The position numbers were made by a program, and so were the translations under genes. The notes below the pieces were generated by a model, which made no database searches, was not told the DNA's origin, and saw only the letters and a list, made by a program, of their open reading frames with translations. This document shows positions 1-6,232 of a stretch of DNA of 32,000 nucleotides, piece by piece (within the stretch, counting starts at the first letter, position 1; the number at the start of each line of letters is the position of its first letter). The stretch is taken from positions 90,001 to 122,000 of the forward strand of contig RQZE01000005.1 in assembly GCA_003858585.1 (NCBI GenBank). Reading direction: 5' to 3'. Origin of the DNA: Erysipelotrichaceae bacterium OH741_COT-311 (lineage in GTDB: Bacteria > Bacillota_I > Bacilli_A > Erysipelotrichales > Erysipelotrichaceae).

Positions 1-235
1 GGTTAGGAAGTCCTTTTTTGTTTCTTTGCAGCACTTCAAATTTGATCGTTGCTGCGTTTGATAAATTGGCATCGCTATAATTCAACAAGAAGTTGTTTAC
101 TTCAATGTTTGTAAACAAATAGCGTTTACCTCTTTTCATTGCTTTGATAGCACCATACTTTCTTAGCAGTGCTATCTTTTTAACGCTCATATTGAGCGCT
201 TGAGATAGCTCTACGGTAGTGTATACTAATTTCAT
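1..235 (-). CDS. HTH DNA-binding protein, excisionase/MerR-like (C-terminus outside the window)
   Basis: Minus-strand ORF missing from the supplied track because it runs off the edge. ATG at 235, with ATGA overlap onto the upstream 38-aa ORF. Translation: MKLVYTTVELSQALNMSVKKIALLRKYGAIKAMKRGKRYLFTNIEVNNFLLNYSDANLSN... This pattern is typical of small phage excisionase-type HTH proteins. Confidence 0.5.
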   Translation of the reverse strand, partial: MKLVYTTVELSQALNMSVKKIALLRKYGAIKAMKRGKRYLFTNIEVNNFLLNYSDANLSNAATIKFEVLQRNKKGLPN

Positions 236-348
236 GTTTTGTCCTTCTTTCCAAAAATCAAAATCAACGGAATGGCTATGCCTGCACAAATGAATGCAAA
301 CATAATTGATTCAAATACTACGCTTATCATTTTTGTAAAGTGTTGCAT
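232..348 (-). CDS. 38-aa single-pass membrane peptide (hypothetical)
   Basis: ATG at 348 preceded by GGAGG (complement of 353-357). Translation: MQHFTKMISVVFESIMFAFICAGIAIPLILIFGKKDKT, one hydrophobic helix followed by KKDK. Its stop overlaps the next start (ATGA). Below the ORF-track size cut-off. Confidence 0.35.
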   Translation of the reverse strand: MQHFTKMISVVFESIMFAFICAGIAIPLILIFGKKDKT

Positions 349-383
349 TGTGCCTCCTTTCTGTTTTCTTGCATTTACGTAAG

Positions 384-587
384 TTATTCGGTAAAAAAAA
401 TAGAATTTACATCTTCGTTACTTAAATTTAAAGCTTTTTTTATCGTTTGAATCTCTCTTCTATAAAAATCAGTATGTCCATTTTTCTTTCTATATAGAGT
501 TACAATATCGATTTCTAAAATTTGAGCTAACTTTTCGTTTGTAAATCCGTGTTCTACCATTTTCGCATCCAATAATCTTTTTTGCAT
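384..587 (-). CDS. Cro-like XRE-family HTH regulator (67 aa)
   Basis: HTH segment FTNEKLAQILEIDIVTLYRKKNG. Start placed at ATG 587 (MQKRLL...) because the GTG at 596 used by the track lies inside the SD GAGGTG (complement of 594-599). Confidence 0.75.
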   Translation of the reverse strand: MQKRLLDAKMVEHGFTNEKLAQILEIDIVTLYRKKNGHTDFYRREIQTIKKALNLSNEDVNSIFFTE

Positions 588-603
588 GTTTATCACCTCT
601 TTT

Positions 604-619
604 CTTACGTTTGCGTAAG
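604..619. promoter_or_regulatory. 16-bp palindrome CTTACG-N4-CGTAAG, putative repressor/Cro operator between the cro-like promoter and its SD
   Basis: Perfect 6-bp inverted arms read directly. Related copies TTTACGTAAGTTA (372-384) and CTTGCG-N5-GCAATG-like (complement, 693-710) share the TTTRCGTAAG core. Confidence 0.4.
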
Positions 620-622
620 TTA

Positions 623-651
623 ATGATAAATCCTTTTTATTTTTAAGTCAA
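623..651 (-). promoter_or_regulatory. Sigma-A-type promoter of the cro-like (leftward) operon
   Basis: On the minus strand: TTGACT (646-651), 17-nt spacer, TATCAT (623-628). The palindromic operator follows immediately downstream. Confidence 0.5.
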
Positions 652-692
652 TACTTAAATGCAAGTTTTTTATTTTTATTCGCCTTTACTCA

Positions 693-721
693 TTGCAAAA
701 ACGCAAGAAAAAGCATATTAT
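693..721 (+). promoter_or_regulatory. Sigma-A-type promoter of the cI-like repressor gene
   Basis: TTGCAA (693-698), 17-nt spacer, TATTAT (716-721), lying 19 nt upstream of ATG 740. It overlaps an operator-like inverted repeat TTGC-N6-GCAA. Confidence 0.5.
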
Positions 722-739
722 ATTATTGAGGTAATAAAA

Positions 740-1555
740 ATGGATATAAAAGAATTGATAAATAGAAGAAAAAATCAATTAAAACTGACTTATCTTGATA
801 TTGCGAAAGCCTGTGATGTCAGTGAAGCTACTGTTTCTAGATGGGCTAGTGGTGAAATCGGAGATATGAAAAGAAGTCGAATCGCTGCTTTAGCTAAAGT
901 ATTACAAGTTCCGCCAAGTGTTTTAATAGAAGATGACGGTTTCGAAGAAGATCCAAACATTTTGAAATTAGAACGAACTTTAGAAAAAATATCAGATTTT
1001 TTTCAAGATAATGGATTTTCATTAGATTTTGATACTTATGATTGCGACAAATATTTATTGGTTAAAGACGGAAAAATAGTAAACGCGTTTAACCTTGCGG
1101 ATTTATTACTTTTTTATGAAGATGCAAAAAATCACGGTAATTTCAAAAGCTTGCCTGCAGCATATACAATTCCAGTATTAGGGCTTGTTCAAGCTGGTGT
1201 TCCTATAACAGCTGTAGAAAACATAATCGACTATGAAGAACTTGATCCAAAAGAATACAAACGTCCTGAAGAATATTTTGGTTTAAAAATAAACGGTGAT
1301 TCTATGGAACCAAAACTATTTAAAGATGATACAGTCATTGTCCATCAACAGTCTTCAGTTGAAAATAATGATATAGCAATTGTCTTAGTAAATGGTGAAG
1401 ATGCCACTTGTAAAAAGGTGACATTTAACGATCAAGGCATTATATTAGTGTCTTTGAATCCAAAGTACGAACCTATGTTCTACAGTTTAGAACAGATAGA
1501 AACTTTGCCTGTAACAATTATCGGCAAGGTTGTTGAATTAAGAAGAAAGTTTTAA
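740..1555 (+). CDS. cI/LexA-type phage repressor: XRE HTH + S24 peptidase (271 aa)
   Basis: N-terminal HTH (LTYLDIAKACDVSEATVSRWASG). QAG self-cleavage-type site. S24 Ser/Lys motifs GDSMEP and TCKKV. Start moved to ATG 740 (SD TGAGGT at 727-732), because the track's 27 extra N-terminal codons cross the promoter. Confidence 0.85.
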   Translation: MDIKELINRRKNQLKLTYLDIAKACDVSEATVSRWASGEIGDMKRSRIAALAKVLQVPPSVLIEDDGFEEDPNILKLERTLEKISDFFQDNGFSLDFDTYDCDKYLLVKDGKIVNAFNLADLLLFYEDAKNHGNFKSLPAAYTIPVLGLVQAGVPITAVENIIDYEELDPKEYKRPEEYFGLKINGDSMEPKLFKDDTVIVHQQSSVENNDIAIVLVNGEDATCKKVTFNDQGIILVSLNPKYEPMFYSLEQIETLPVTIIGKVVELRRKF

Positions 1556-1568
1556 AGAAGGGGTATTT

Positions 1569-1748
1569 ATGTTCAAGAAAAAAATAGATATATCAAAACT
1601 TACAGATTATGAGTTAAAAGAAAGGATTGAAATACTTAAAAATTCATTACAAAATTTTAAGAAAGATGATCCTGTGTTACCATTCTTTCAGGCTCATTTA
1701 AAGAAACACCAAGAAGAAATGAATAAAAGAAATTCATTATTTAATTAA
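1569..1748 (+). CDS. Hypothetical 59-aa helical protein between repressor and integrase
   Basis: ATG 1569 preceded by AGAAGGGG. Translation: MFKKKIDISKLTDYELKERIEILKNSLQNFKKDDPVLPFFQAHLKKHQEEMNKRNSLFN. No TM segment. Below the ORF-track size cut-off. Confidence 0.4.
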   Translation: MFKKKIDISKLTDYELKERIEILKNSLQNFKKDDPVLPFFQAHLKKHQEEMNKRNSLFN

Positions 1749-1862
1749 AACTAAAAAAGTCCCTGAGCGCCGACCAAAGCGAAGGACTTTAAGTAGAAAA
1801 ACTATAGCAACCACTATAAGCTTTTTCTATTCCTTATTTTAGCATAAAACGGAGGAATTTGC

Positions 1863-3005
1863 ATGAAAAAATTAGATTATATCTATGCGGTTTATTCTAA
1901 ACAGAATAGAAAAATACGTGGATATACTGTCAAATTTAGATATTTTAACGTAGACGGTAAATCTAGTATTTACGAAAAATATTTTTCTATAACTCATTAT
2001 GAAAATGAAAAAGAGTTATTGAAAGCTGCTATAATACACAGAAATGAAATGCTAGTAAAAGCCGAACAGAAAAAAATAACAGAAAAAACTGAATTTACTG
2101 TTCGCGAAGTTTTTAATCAAAGTCTCAAAGTGTTCACTGCACGATTGGCCACACTGAATAAACGCATCAAGCGTTATAATACGTACATATTGCCAAAATT
2201 TGACGGCATGAATATCCAAAAAGTAAAACGTATAGATGTGCAGCTGTCACTCAATAGCATGATTAGAGATTGTAGCGACGACACCATAGCGAATGTATAT
2301 CAGATTTGGTGCTTAATTTTCAAAACGGCACGCATTATGCAATTAGTCGACATAAATATCATGGAAGAAGTAATCAAGCCTAAAAGCCAAAAAATCACGC
2401 TAAAACGCAATGTCAAAACTGATTTCGACACATTCCTGAAAGTGATAGTTGCTTTAAACGTTCATGTCGATGAACGTGAGCAATATCAGCGTTTTAATAA
2501 ATTGCTTATCTACGGTTTATGGATCATGTTGTACACTGGTTTAAGACCGGCAGAAACGTTCGCCTTAGAACGTAAAAACATTGACACAACTTCCTGGATA
2601 ATAATTGTAGATAAATCACTGGGAAGTGACACAGAACATCTAAATATTAAGCGCACCACAAAGACAAAAGATTCAATGCGTATCATTCCAGTTGTGAAAG
2701 AATTAAGACCTATTATTTTAGAACTTTTAGAGTATGCAGAAAGCGATGATTTATTCAGCGTTAATGGTGAATTATTTAAAGTTAAACGTGCTACCGATAA
2801 GATAACACACATTTGCAGACTGGAAGGAATAAACTTTACTATGTATATGCTACGCCATAAATTCAGTACCGACTTAGTGACTAATAACGTAGACCCTCGA
2901 ACAGTTATGGAACTGATGGGACATTGCGATCCTAAGATGACAATTAGTTACGCTCGTTCTGATTTGGCATTAAAACAAGAAGTTTTAAAAGAAAGAAAAA
3001 TATAG
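1863..3005 (+). CDS. int: Tyrosine recombinase / phage integrase (380 aa)
   Basis: C-terminal catalytic signature: RPAETFAL (Arg), MLRHKFSTDL (H-x-x-R), LMGH, and Tyr in ISYARS. SD GGAGG lies 7 nt upstream of the ATG. The gene sits last before the att copy. Confidence 0.9.
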   Translation: MKKLDYIYAVYSKQNRKIRGYTVKFRYFNVDGKSSIYEKYFSITHYENEKELLKAAIIHRNEMLVKAEQKKITEKTEFTVREVFNQSLKVFTARLATLNKRIKRYNTYILPKFDGMNIQKVKRIDVQLSLNSMIRDCSDDTIANVYQIWCLIFKTARIMQLVDINIMEEVIKPKSQKITLKRNVKTDFDTFLKVIVALNVHVDEREQYQRFNKLLIYGLWIMLYTGLRPAETFALERKNIDTTSWIIIVDKSLGSDTEHLNIKRTTKTKDSMRIIPVVKELRPIILELLEYAESDDLFSVNGELFKVKRATDKITHICRLEGINFTMYMLRHKFSTDLVTNNVDPRTVMELMGHCDPKMTISYARSDLALKQEVLKERKI

Positions 3006-3018
3006 TGTTATTTTTAAT

Positions 3019-3041
3019 TTTTGTTCGACATTTTGTTCGAC
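3019..3041 (+). repeat. Tandem direct repeat TTTTGTTCGAC x2 (period 12), possible integrase arm-type binding sites
   Basis: Perfect 11-nt copies at 3019-3029 and 3031-3041, between the int stop and the att core. The binding function is inference. Confidence 0.35.
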
Positions 3042-3107
3042 TCAATTTCTAACAATTAAAAAAAAGCCTATAAATAAAGGTTTAACAGCATTTATTGTAT
3101 TTATTTT

Positions 3108-3126
3108 AGTCCCTTCATCCGCACCA
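3108..3126 (+). other. Orphan tRNA 3'-end fragment = att core copy at the element/chromosome junction
   Basis: AGT-CCCTT-CATCCGC-A-CCA reads as T-loop end, T-stem 3' strand, 7-nt acceptor 3' strand, discriminator A and CCA. The upstream 90 nt are AT-rich, with no matching GCGGATG 5' strand and no tRNA body. Confidence 0.5.
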
Positions 3127-3174
3127 TTATTAGTAAATGCATAAGCCTTAAAAATAGGCTTAAAACTTGTAAAA

Positions 3175-3197
3175 CCCTTTATTTAAGGGCTTTTTTT
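3175..3197 (+). terminator. Rho-independent terminator-like hairpin (probably the original tRNA-gene terminator)
   Basis: CCCTT-TATTT-AAGGG followed by CTTTTTTT. Preceded by a second hairpin AAGCCT-N7-AGGCTT at 3143-3161. Confidence 0.4.
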
Positions 3198-3283
3198 ATG
3201 TTATAAAGTAGTTAGTAAAATTCTAATTTATTTGTTGTTTAATTTACTTCTAATTATAGAACCAATAATATTTCACATATTTC

Positions 3284-3464
3284 TTAGCACTTTCTAGCTT
3301 CACCTTTCTTTTCGATATTCTTACGTTCTTTTGCAAGAATTGCATTTACTTCTTCTTGCGTGAATGTCTTTACAGTTTCTTCAGCTTTTGTGAGTACTAG
3401 CGTTCTCTTGATTGTTTGCTGATACTTCTGTAGTTGTTGGATTTGTGTTTGTTTCTTCTGGCAT
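3284..3464 (-). pseudogene. Phage scaffold-like protein fragment (DUF4355-like N-terminus), frameshifted and 3'-truncated
   Basis: ATG 3464 with SD GTGAGGG gives MPEETNTNPTTTEVSANNQENASTHKS and stops at 3381. The neighbouring frame continues AEETVKTFTQEEVNAILAKERKNIEKK (part of the track ORF 3284-3478). The shift is at CACAAAAGC. The FTQEEVN..I...ER motif is recalled from scaffold proteins. Confidence 0.45.
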
Positions 3465-3540
3465 TGATTAGCCCTCACTTTCTGTCATTTTTAAGACTTG
3501 GTTGTCTCACTTTATTTTTTTCTTTAATGTCTTTAACCAA

Positions 3541-3571
3541 ATAAAAACCAACCTAATCTATTAAGTTGGTT
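3541..3571 (-). terminator. Rho-independent terminator after the 62-aa ORF
   Basis: On the minus strand: AACCAAC-N12-GTTGGTT followed by TTTATTT. The stem overlaps the stop codon. Confidence 0.45.
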
Positions 3572-3758
3572 AGTTATTTAATAAAAATTGTTCTGTTTCA
3601 TCATCTGTTAAATCGCGAAGTTTTATCCTCTTTTTCTTGCAATATTCACGCATAGCTTTAAAATCAAACTCTAATTTAAAATTAGGCAAGATACCAGAAA
3701 TATCAATATCTGACATTTCTACTAACTCGTTATTTTCCACTTGCATAGTATCTTTCAT
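3570..3758 (-). CDS. Hypothetical 62-aa acidic protein; candidate immunity/antidote partner of the upstream GNAT-like domain
   Basis: ATG 3758 (MKDTMQVENNELVEMSDIDISGILPNFKLEFDFKAMREYCKKKRIKLRDLTDDETEQFLLNN) lies 12 nt after GAGGAAGGGG. It overlaps the GNAT frame's end by 29 nt and has its own terminator. Confidence 0.4.
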   Translation of the reverse strand: MKDTMQVENNELVEMSDIDISGILPNFKLEFDFKAMREYCKKKRIKLRDLTDDETEQFLLNN

Positions 3759-4616
3759 ATAAAATTTTAGCCCCTTCCTCATCTATATACATTGTTCTAG
3801 TTTTTCTATTTATTAATATTGCTCCAAGTTCTTTTTGGTAATACTCTATTAAACTTGATTTTGCTTTAAAAGAAATAAAACCTTCAAATCCATTTTCCAT
3901 GCTTTGTTTTACTACTTCTGCAAATAAATGGCTTCCAACACCACTATACTCTTTTTGTTGTATCTTTTTATTATGCCTACTATTAAATGGAGCACTTTCA
4001 ACCAACCCAACGTTCACAAGCAAATTTTTTTATCTACTTTACTCGCTAACAGGCCTTGAATTCTATCATCTTCATTTGCTTTTAGTTGATAAATCTTATG
4101 CCCTTCTTGCTGACTTTTGAACCAATCAAATTCCCAACCTTGTTGTTTTAGTTCTTTTGCAAATTTTTTAGTTATTTTAATTTCTTCGACAGTAGTGTCT
4201 ACTATTTTGTTATCTGACAATCTTCTTAAGCAAGGAGTTAATTCATCTATTTCAACATCTATATCCTTGCCTATATTGTACGCCTTTTCTTTTTCTTTCT
4301 CAATGATTTTAGGTCTTTTCTCATTGATTTCCACTTCTACGCTCCATTCTTTTTCGTCACTCAATACTGGAATGTAATCAATCATCACACTCCTACAAAA
4401 AGGATGTAAAGGTAGAGTATTAATACCTATCTTAGTATCTTCAATCGCCACAATTTGATTATTGTGCTTTCTGCATAAGCTACTCGTTCTACTGTCTAAT
4501 GTCGCTATGAATTTACGCTTTGTTACTCCTAATCGCTTCGCAGCTTCTAAATCATCCATATTCACGATATAGATTGCTTCAGTTCTAAGCAATCGATAAG
4601 TTGCGTATTTACCCAT
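3730..4616 (-). pseudogene. N-terminally truncated MuF/SPP1-gp7-type head-morphogenesis domain fused to a C-terminal GNAT-like acetyltransferase domain, split by a frameshift in an A7 run
   Basis: The 4616-4014 frame carries RTEA...ATLDSRTSSLCRKHNNQ...LPLHPFCRS, the MuF C-terminal motif D-x-RT-x-C ... PP-H-P-x-CRC. The 4023-3730 frame carries LVESAPFN...YSGVGSHLFAEVVKQS...FISFKAK..LIEYYQKELGA, a GNAT motif A-like xxGxG. One extra A in the run at 4025-4031 gives an in-frame ...VDKKNLLVNVGLVESAPFN... Confidence 0.6.
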
Positions 4617-5186
4617 TTGTGTTAAAACTCTTAGTTCATTATTCTGTTTTGACGTTGGGCTTCCGATTTCAATGTGTCTGAAAATCAGCTTTTTCGTTCT
4701 TTTTGTATTTCAATCATAATTTCACTTTATATTTAATTTTCAGTAATATAAATTTTTTCTTAGCAAAAAGTAAGACAAAGCTATCCACATTCATATTTAT
4801 TGTAAAAAAAGTTTAGAGAGTTAGAAAAATAAAGCTATTTGATTGTTTTTAATCTTATTTATGTTTCCAGCAATCAATTTATTTAATTTTTTTATTTTTT
4901 AGAATATCCAATGAATAGTTCAGGAATATTCTAAAAAATCTAAAGTGTTCCATTATTTCGTTCAGATCTACTTTATTTTATTTAGCTTTAAATTCTTCCT
5001 GTCTTTTTAAGATTAACATTCAATAAAAGATGAATTTAAGTTACTTATTTATTTTATTATGAGTTATCAATGACATAGTCTAAATCATAAATAGAACTAT
5101 AAACTATCTGATTTTTTATTTTCTACATTTTATTCATCAAGTATTCACCTAAAAAATGTGCACTATTTTTCTTTAATTTCAAATAT

Positions 5187-5220
5187 TTAAAAAACAGTAA
5201 ATTCCTTGCAATTTACTGTT
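5187..5220 (-). terminator. Rho-independent terminator of the padR-DUF2812 operon
   Basis: Perfect 11-bp stem AACAGTAAATT / AATTTACTGTT (5193-5203 / 5210-5220) with a 6-nt loop. A T-run follows on the minus strand (TTTTTTAAATATTT). Confidence 0.65.
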
Positions 5221-5244
5221 TAAAATTAATTATATCCTTAAATA

Positions 5245-5874
5245 TCAATCCATTAACTCAGAATCTTGTTTATATTTCTCATAATTTTTATGTGCTTTAT
5301 ACATTATATTTAGAATGAATATTGTAACGAATACTAAAACTCCACTTTGAATAAGCTTATAAAATTCAAAATTGCTCTCATATAATTTATATAAAGAATA
5401 TAGAAACAGCGCTAAAACACCTATAAATCCTTGCAAATAGGCATTTCTTATATTTTTATAATACTTTGCTAAATCTGATTTGTTTGTCAGTAATTTCTGA
5501 GGTTTTTTCCCCTCATGTTCTACCACAAGTATTTCTTTATTATATGTTTGAAAAGTGTTGGCTATTTTTCCATTTCCTTGTGCATATGGTCTTAATCTAA
5601 ATTTTCCAAAAGTTATATTCCCCTGATTTAATGGTGATCTATAAACTCTTGTCCCATTCTCTTTTAACATTTGTATATAACCATTAATTTCTTTTGAAGA
5701 ACTTGCGCCGATAAATTGTATAGAATAAACATAATCTTTATCAGATGTTTCAAAATCATACAAAAAATTGTTTACGCTCTTCAATCTATACCCCTTTTTT
5801 GCCATTCTATTTAGCCATACTTCCAAATCGTTTATTGGGTCTAAAAAAATTTTAATTTTCTTCATGTTCTTCAC
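5245..5874 (-). CDS. DUF2812-type membrane protein (PadR-associated)
   Basis: N-terminus LEVWLNRMAKKGYRLKSVNNFLYDFE plus two C-terminal TM helices. Overlaps the upstream padR by 23 nt. PadR-DUF2812 is a common pairing. Confidence 0.7.
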   Translation of the reverse strand: MKNMKKIKIFLDPINDLEVWLNRMAKKGYRLKSVNNFLYDFETSDKDYVYSIQFIGASSSKEINGYIQMLKENGTRVYRSPLNQGNITFGKFRLRPYAQGNGKIANTFQTYNKEILVVEHEGKKPQKLLTNKSDLAKYYKNIRNAYLQGFIGVLALFLYSLYKLYESNFEFYKLIQSGVLVFVTIFILNIMYKAHKNYEKYKQDSELMD

Positions 5875-6181
5875 CTCTTATGTTTTTTATCAATAATTTA
5901 AGTTCACACAATCTTACTTCTTCTTTTTTTACTTGTTCTTTCCCTAATTCCGTTATTATGTAATTCACTTTTCCATCAACTCTTGAAGATTCAATAATCC
6001 AAGCCTTTTCTACTAAATTCTTGATAGCTCCATATAACGTTCCCATTCCTAAAACTACTCTTCCATTAGTTATTTCTTCAATAAAAAGTTTCACTCCATA
6101 TCCATGTAATTCCCTATATAAAGACAATAAAACCAATAACGTTGTTTCAGTTAAAGCTCCACTTGATATATTATCTCTCAC
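5852..6181 (-). CDS. PadR-family transcriptional regulator (109 aa)
   Basis: Winged-helix PadR signature: LVLLSLYRELHGYGV ... GTLYGAIKNLVEKAWI. GTG start at 6181, 6 nt after AGGAGG. Confidence 0.85.
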   Translation of the reverse strand: MRDNISSGALTETTLLVLLSLYRELHGYGVKLFIEEITNGRVVLGMGTLYGAIKNLVEKAWIIESSRVDGKVNYIITELGKEQVKKEEVRLCELKLLIKNIRGEEHEEN

Positions 6182-6198
6182 ACAATGCTCCTCCTTTC

Positions 6199-6232
6199 TA
6201 TATCACTATTCGTAGTATATCACTATTCGTAG
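6199..6232. repeat. Perfect 17-bp tandem direct repeat TATATCACTATTCGTAG x2, putative PadR operator
   Basis: Copies at 6199-6215 and 6216-6232, between the padR -35 element and its SD, overlapping the -10. The operator role is inference. Confidence 0.6.

Larger units (their letters stand above)
1..3126. mobile_element. Integrase-proximal end of an integrated temperate phage / integrative element (lysogeny switch, integrase, att copy); continues leftwards out of the window
   Basis: Divergent cro-like and cI-like HTH genes with back-to-back promoters. S24-peptidase repressor. Tyrosine integrase reading towards a 19-nt tRNA 3'-end copy at 3108-3126. Early-gene strand runs off the left edge. Confidence 0.7.
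3284..4720 (-). mobile_element. Decayed fragment of a second phage's head-morphogenesis module (MuF - cassette - scaffold order preserved)
   Basis: Gene order on the minus strand matches SPP1-like phages (gp7/MuF then scaffold). Both ends are truncated, and two genes are broken at A runs. Confidence 0.6.

Noticed and set aside
659-739. N-terminal extension of the cI-like repressor in the ORF track (MQVFYFYSPLLIAKTQEKAYYIIEVIK).
   Set aside because: The extension spans the predicted -35/-10 of the gene's own promoter and has no SD. ATG 740 has an SD and begins a normal HTH N-terminus.
1750-1795. GC-rich hairpin AAAGTCC-N21-GGACTTT containing AGTCCCTGAGCGCCGACCA. It has the same AGTCCCT-N8-ACCA layout as the tRNA-end fragment at 3108-3126, so it could be a second att or tRNA relic just upstream of int.
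   Set aside because: - As a tRNA end it would need an acceptor stem starting with C (CGGCGCT), which is atypical.
- There is no tRNA body upstream.
- The shared 7+4 nt could be chance.
- It lacks a U-tract, so it is not a canonical terminator either.

I leave it as an unexplained structure after the cI operon.
4014-4031. Programmed -1 ribosomal frameshift or transcriptional slippage at the A7 run joining the MuF and GNAT frames. A -1 shift gives ...VDKKNLLVNVG..., and the overlap window between the flanking stops is only about 20 nt.
   Set aside because: - The 0-frame context T-AAA-AAA-A is not a canonical X-XXY-YYZ heptamer.
- I see no stimulatory hairpin downstream.
- The gene is also N-terminally truncated.
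- The neighbouring scaffold gene is broken at another A run.

Simple homopolymer decay is more parsimonious. Resequencing or RNA-seq could still test slippage.
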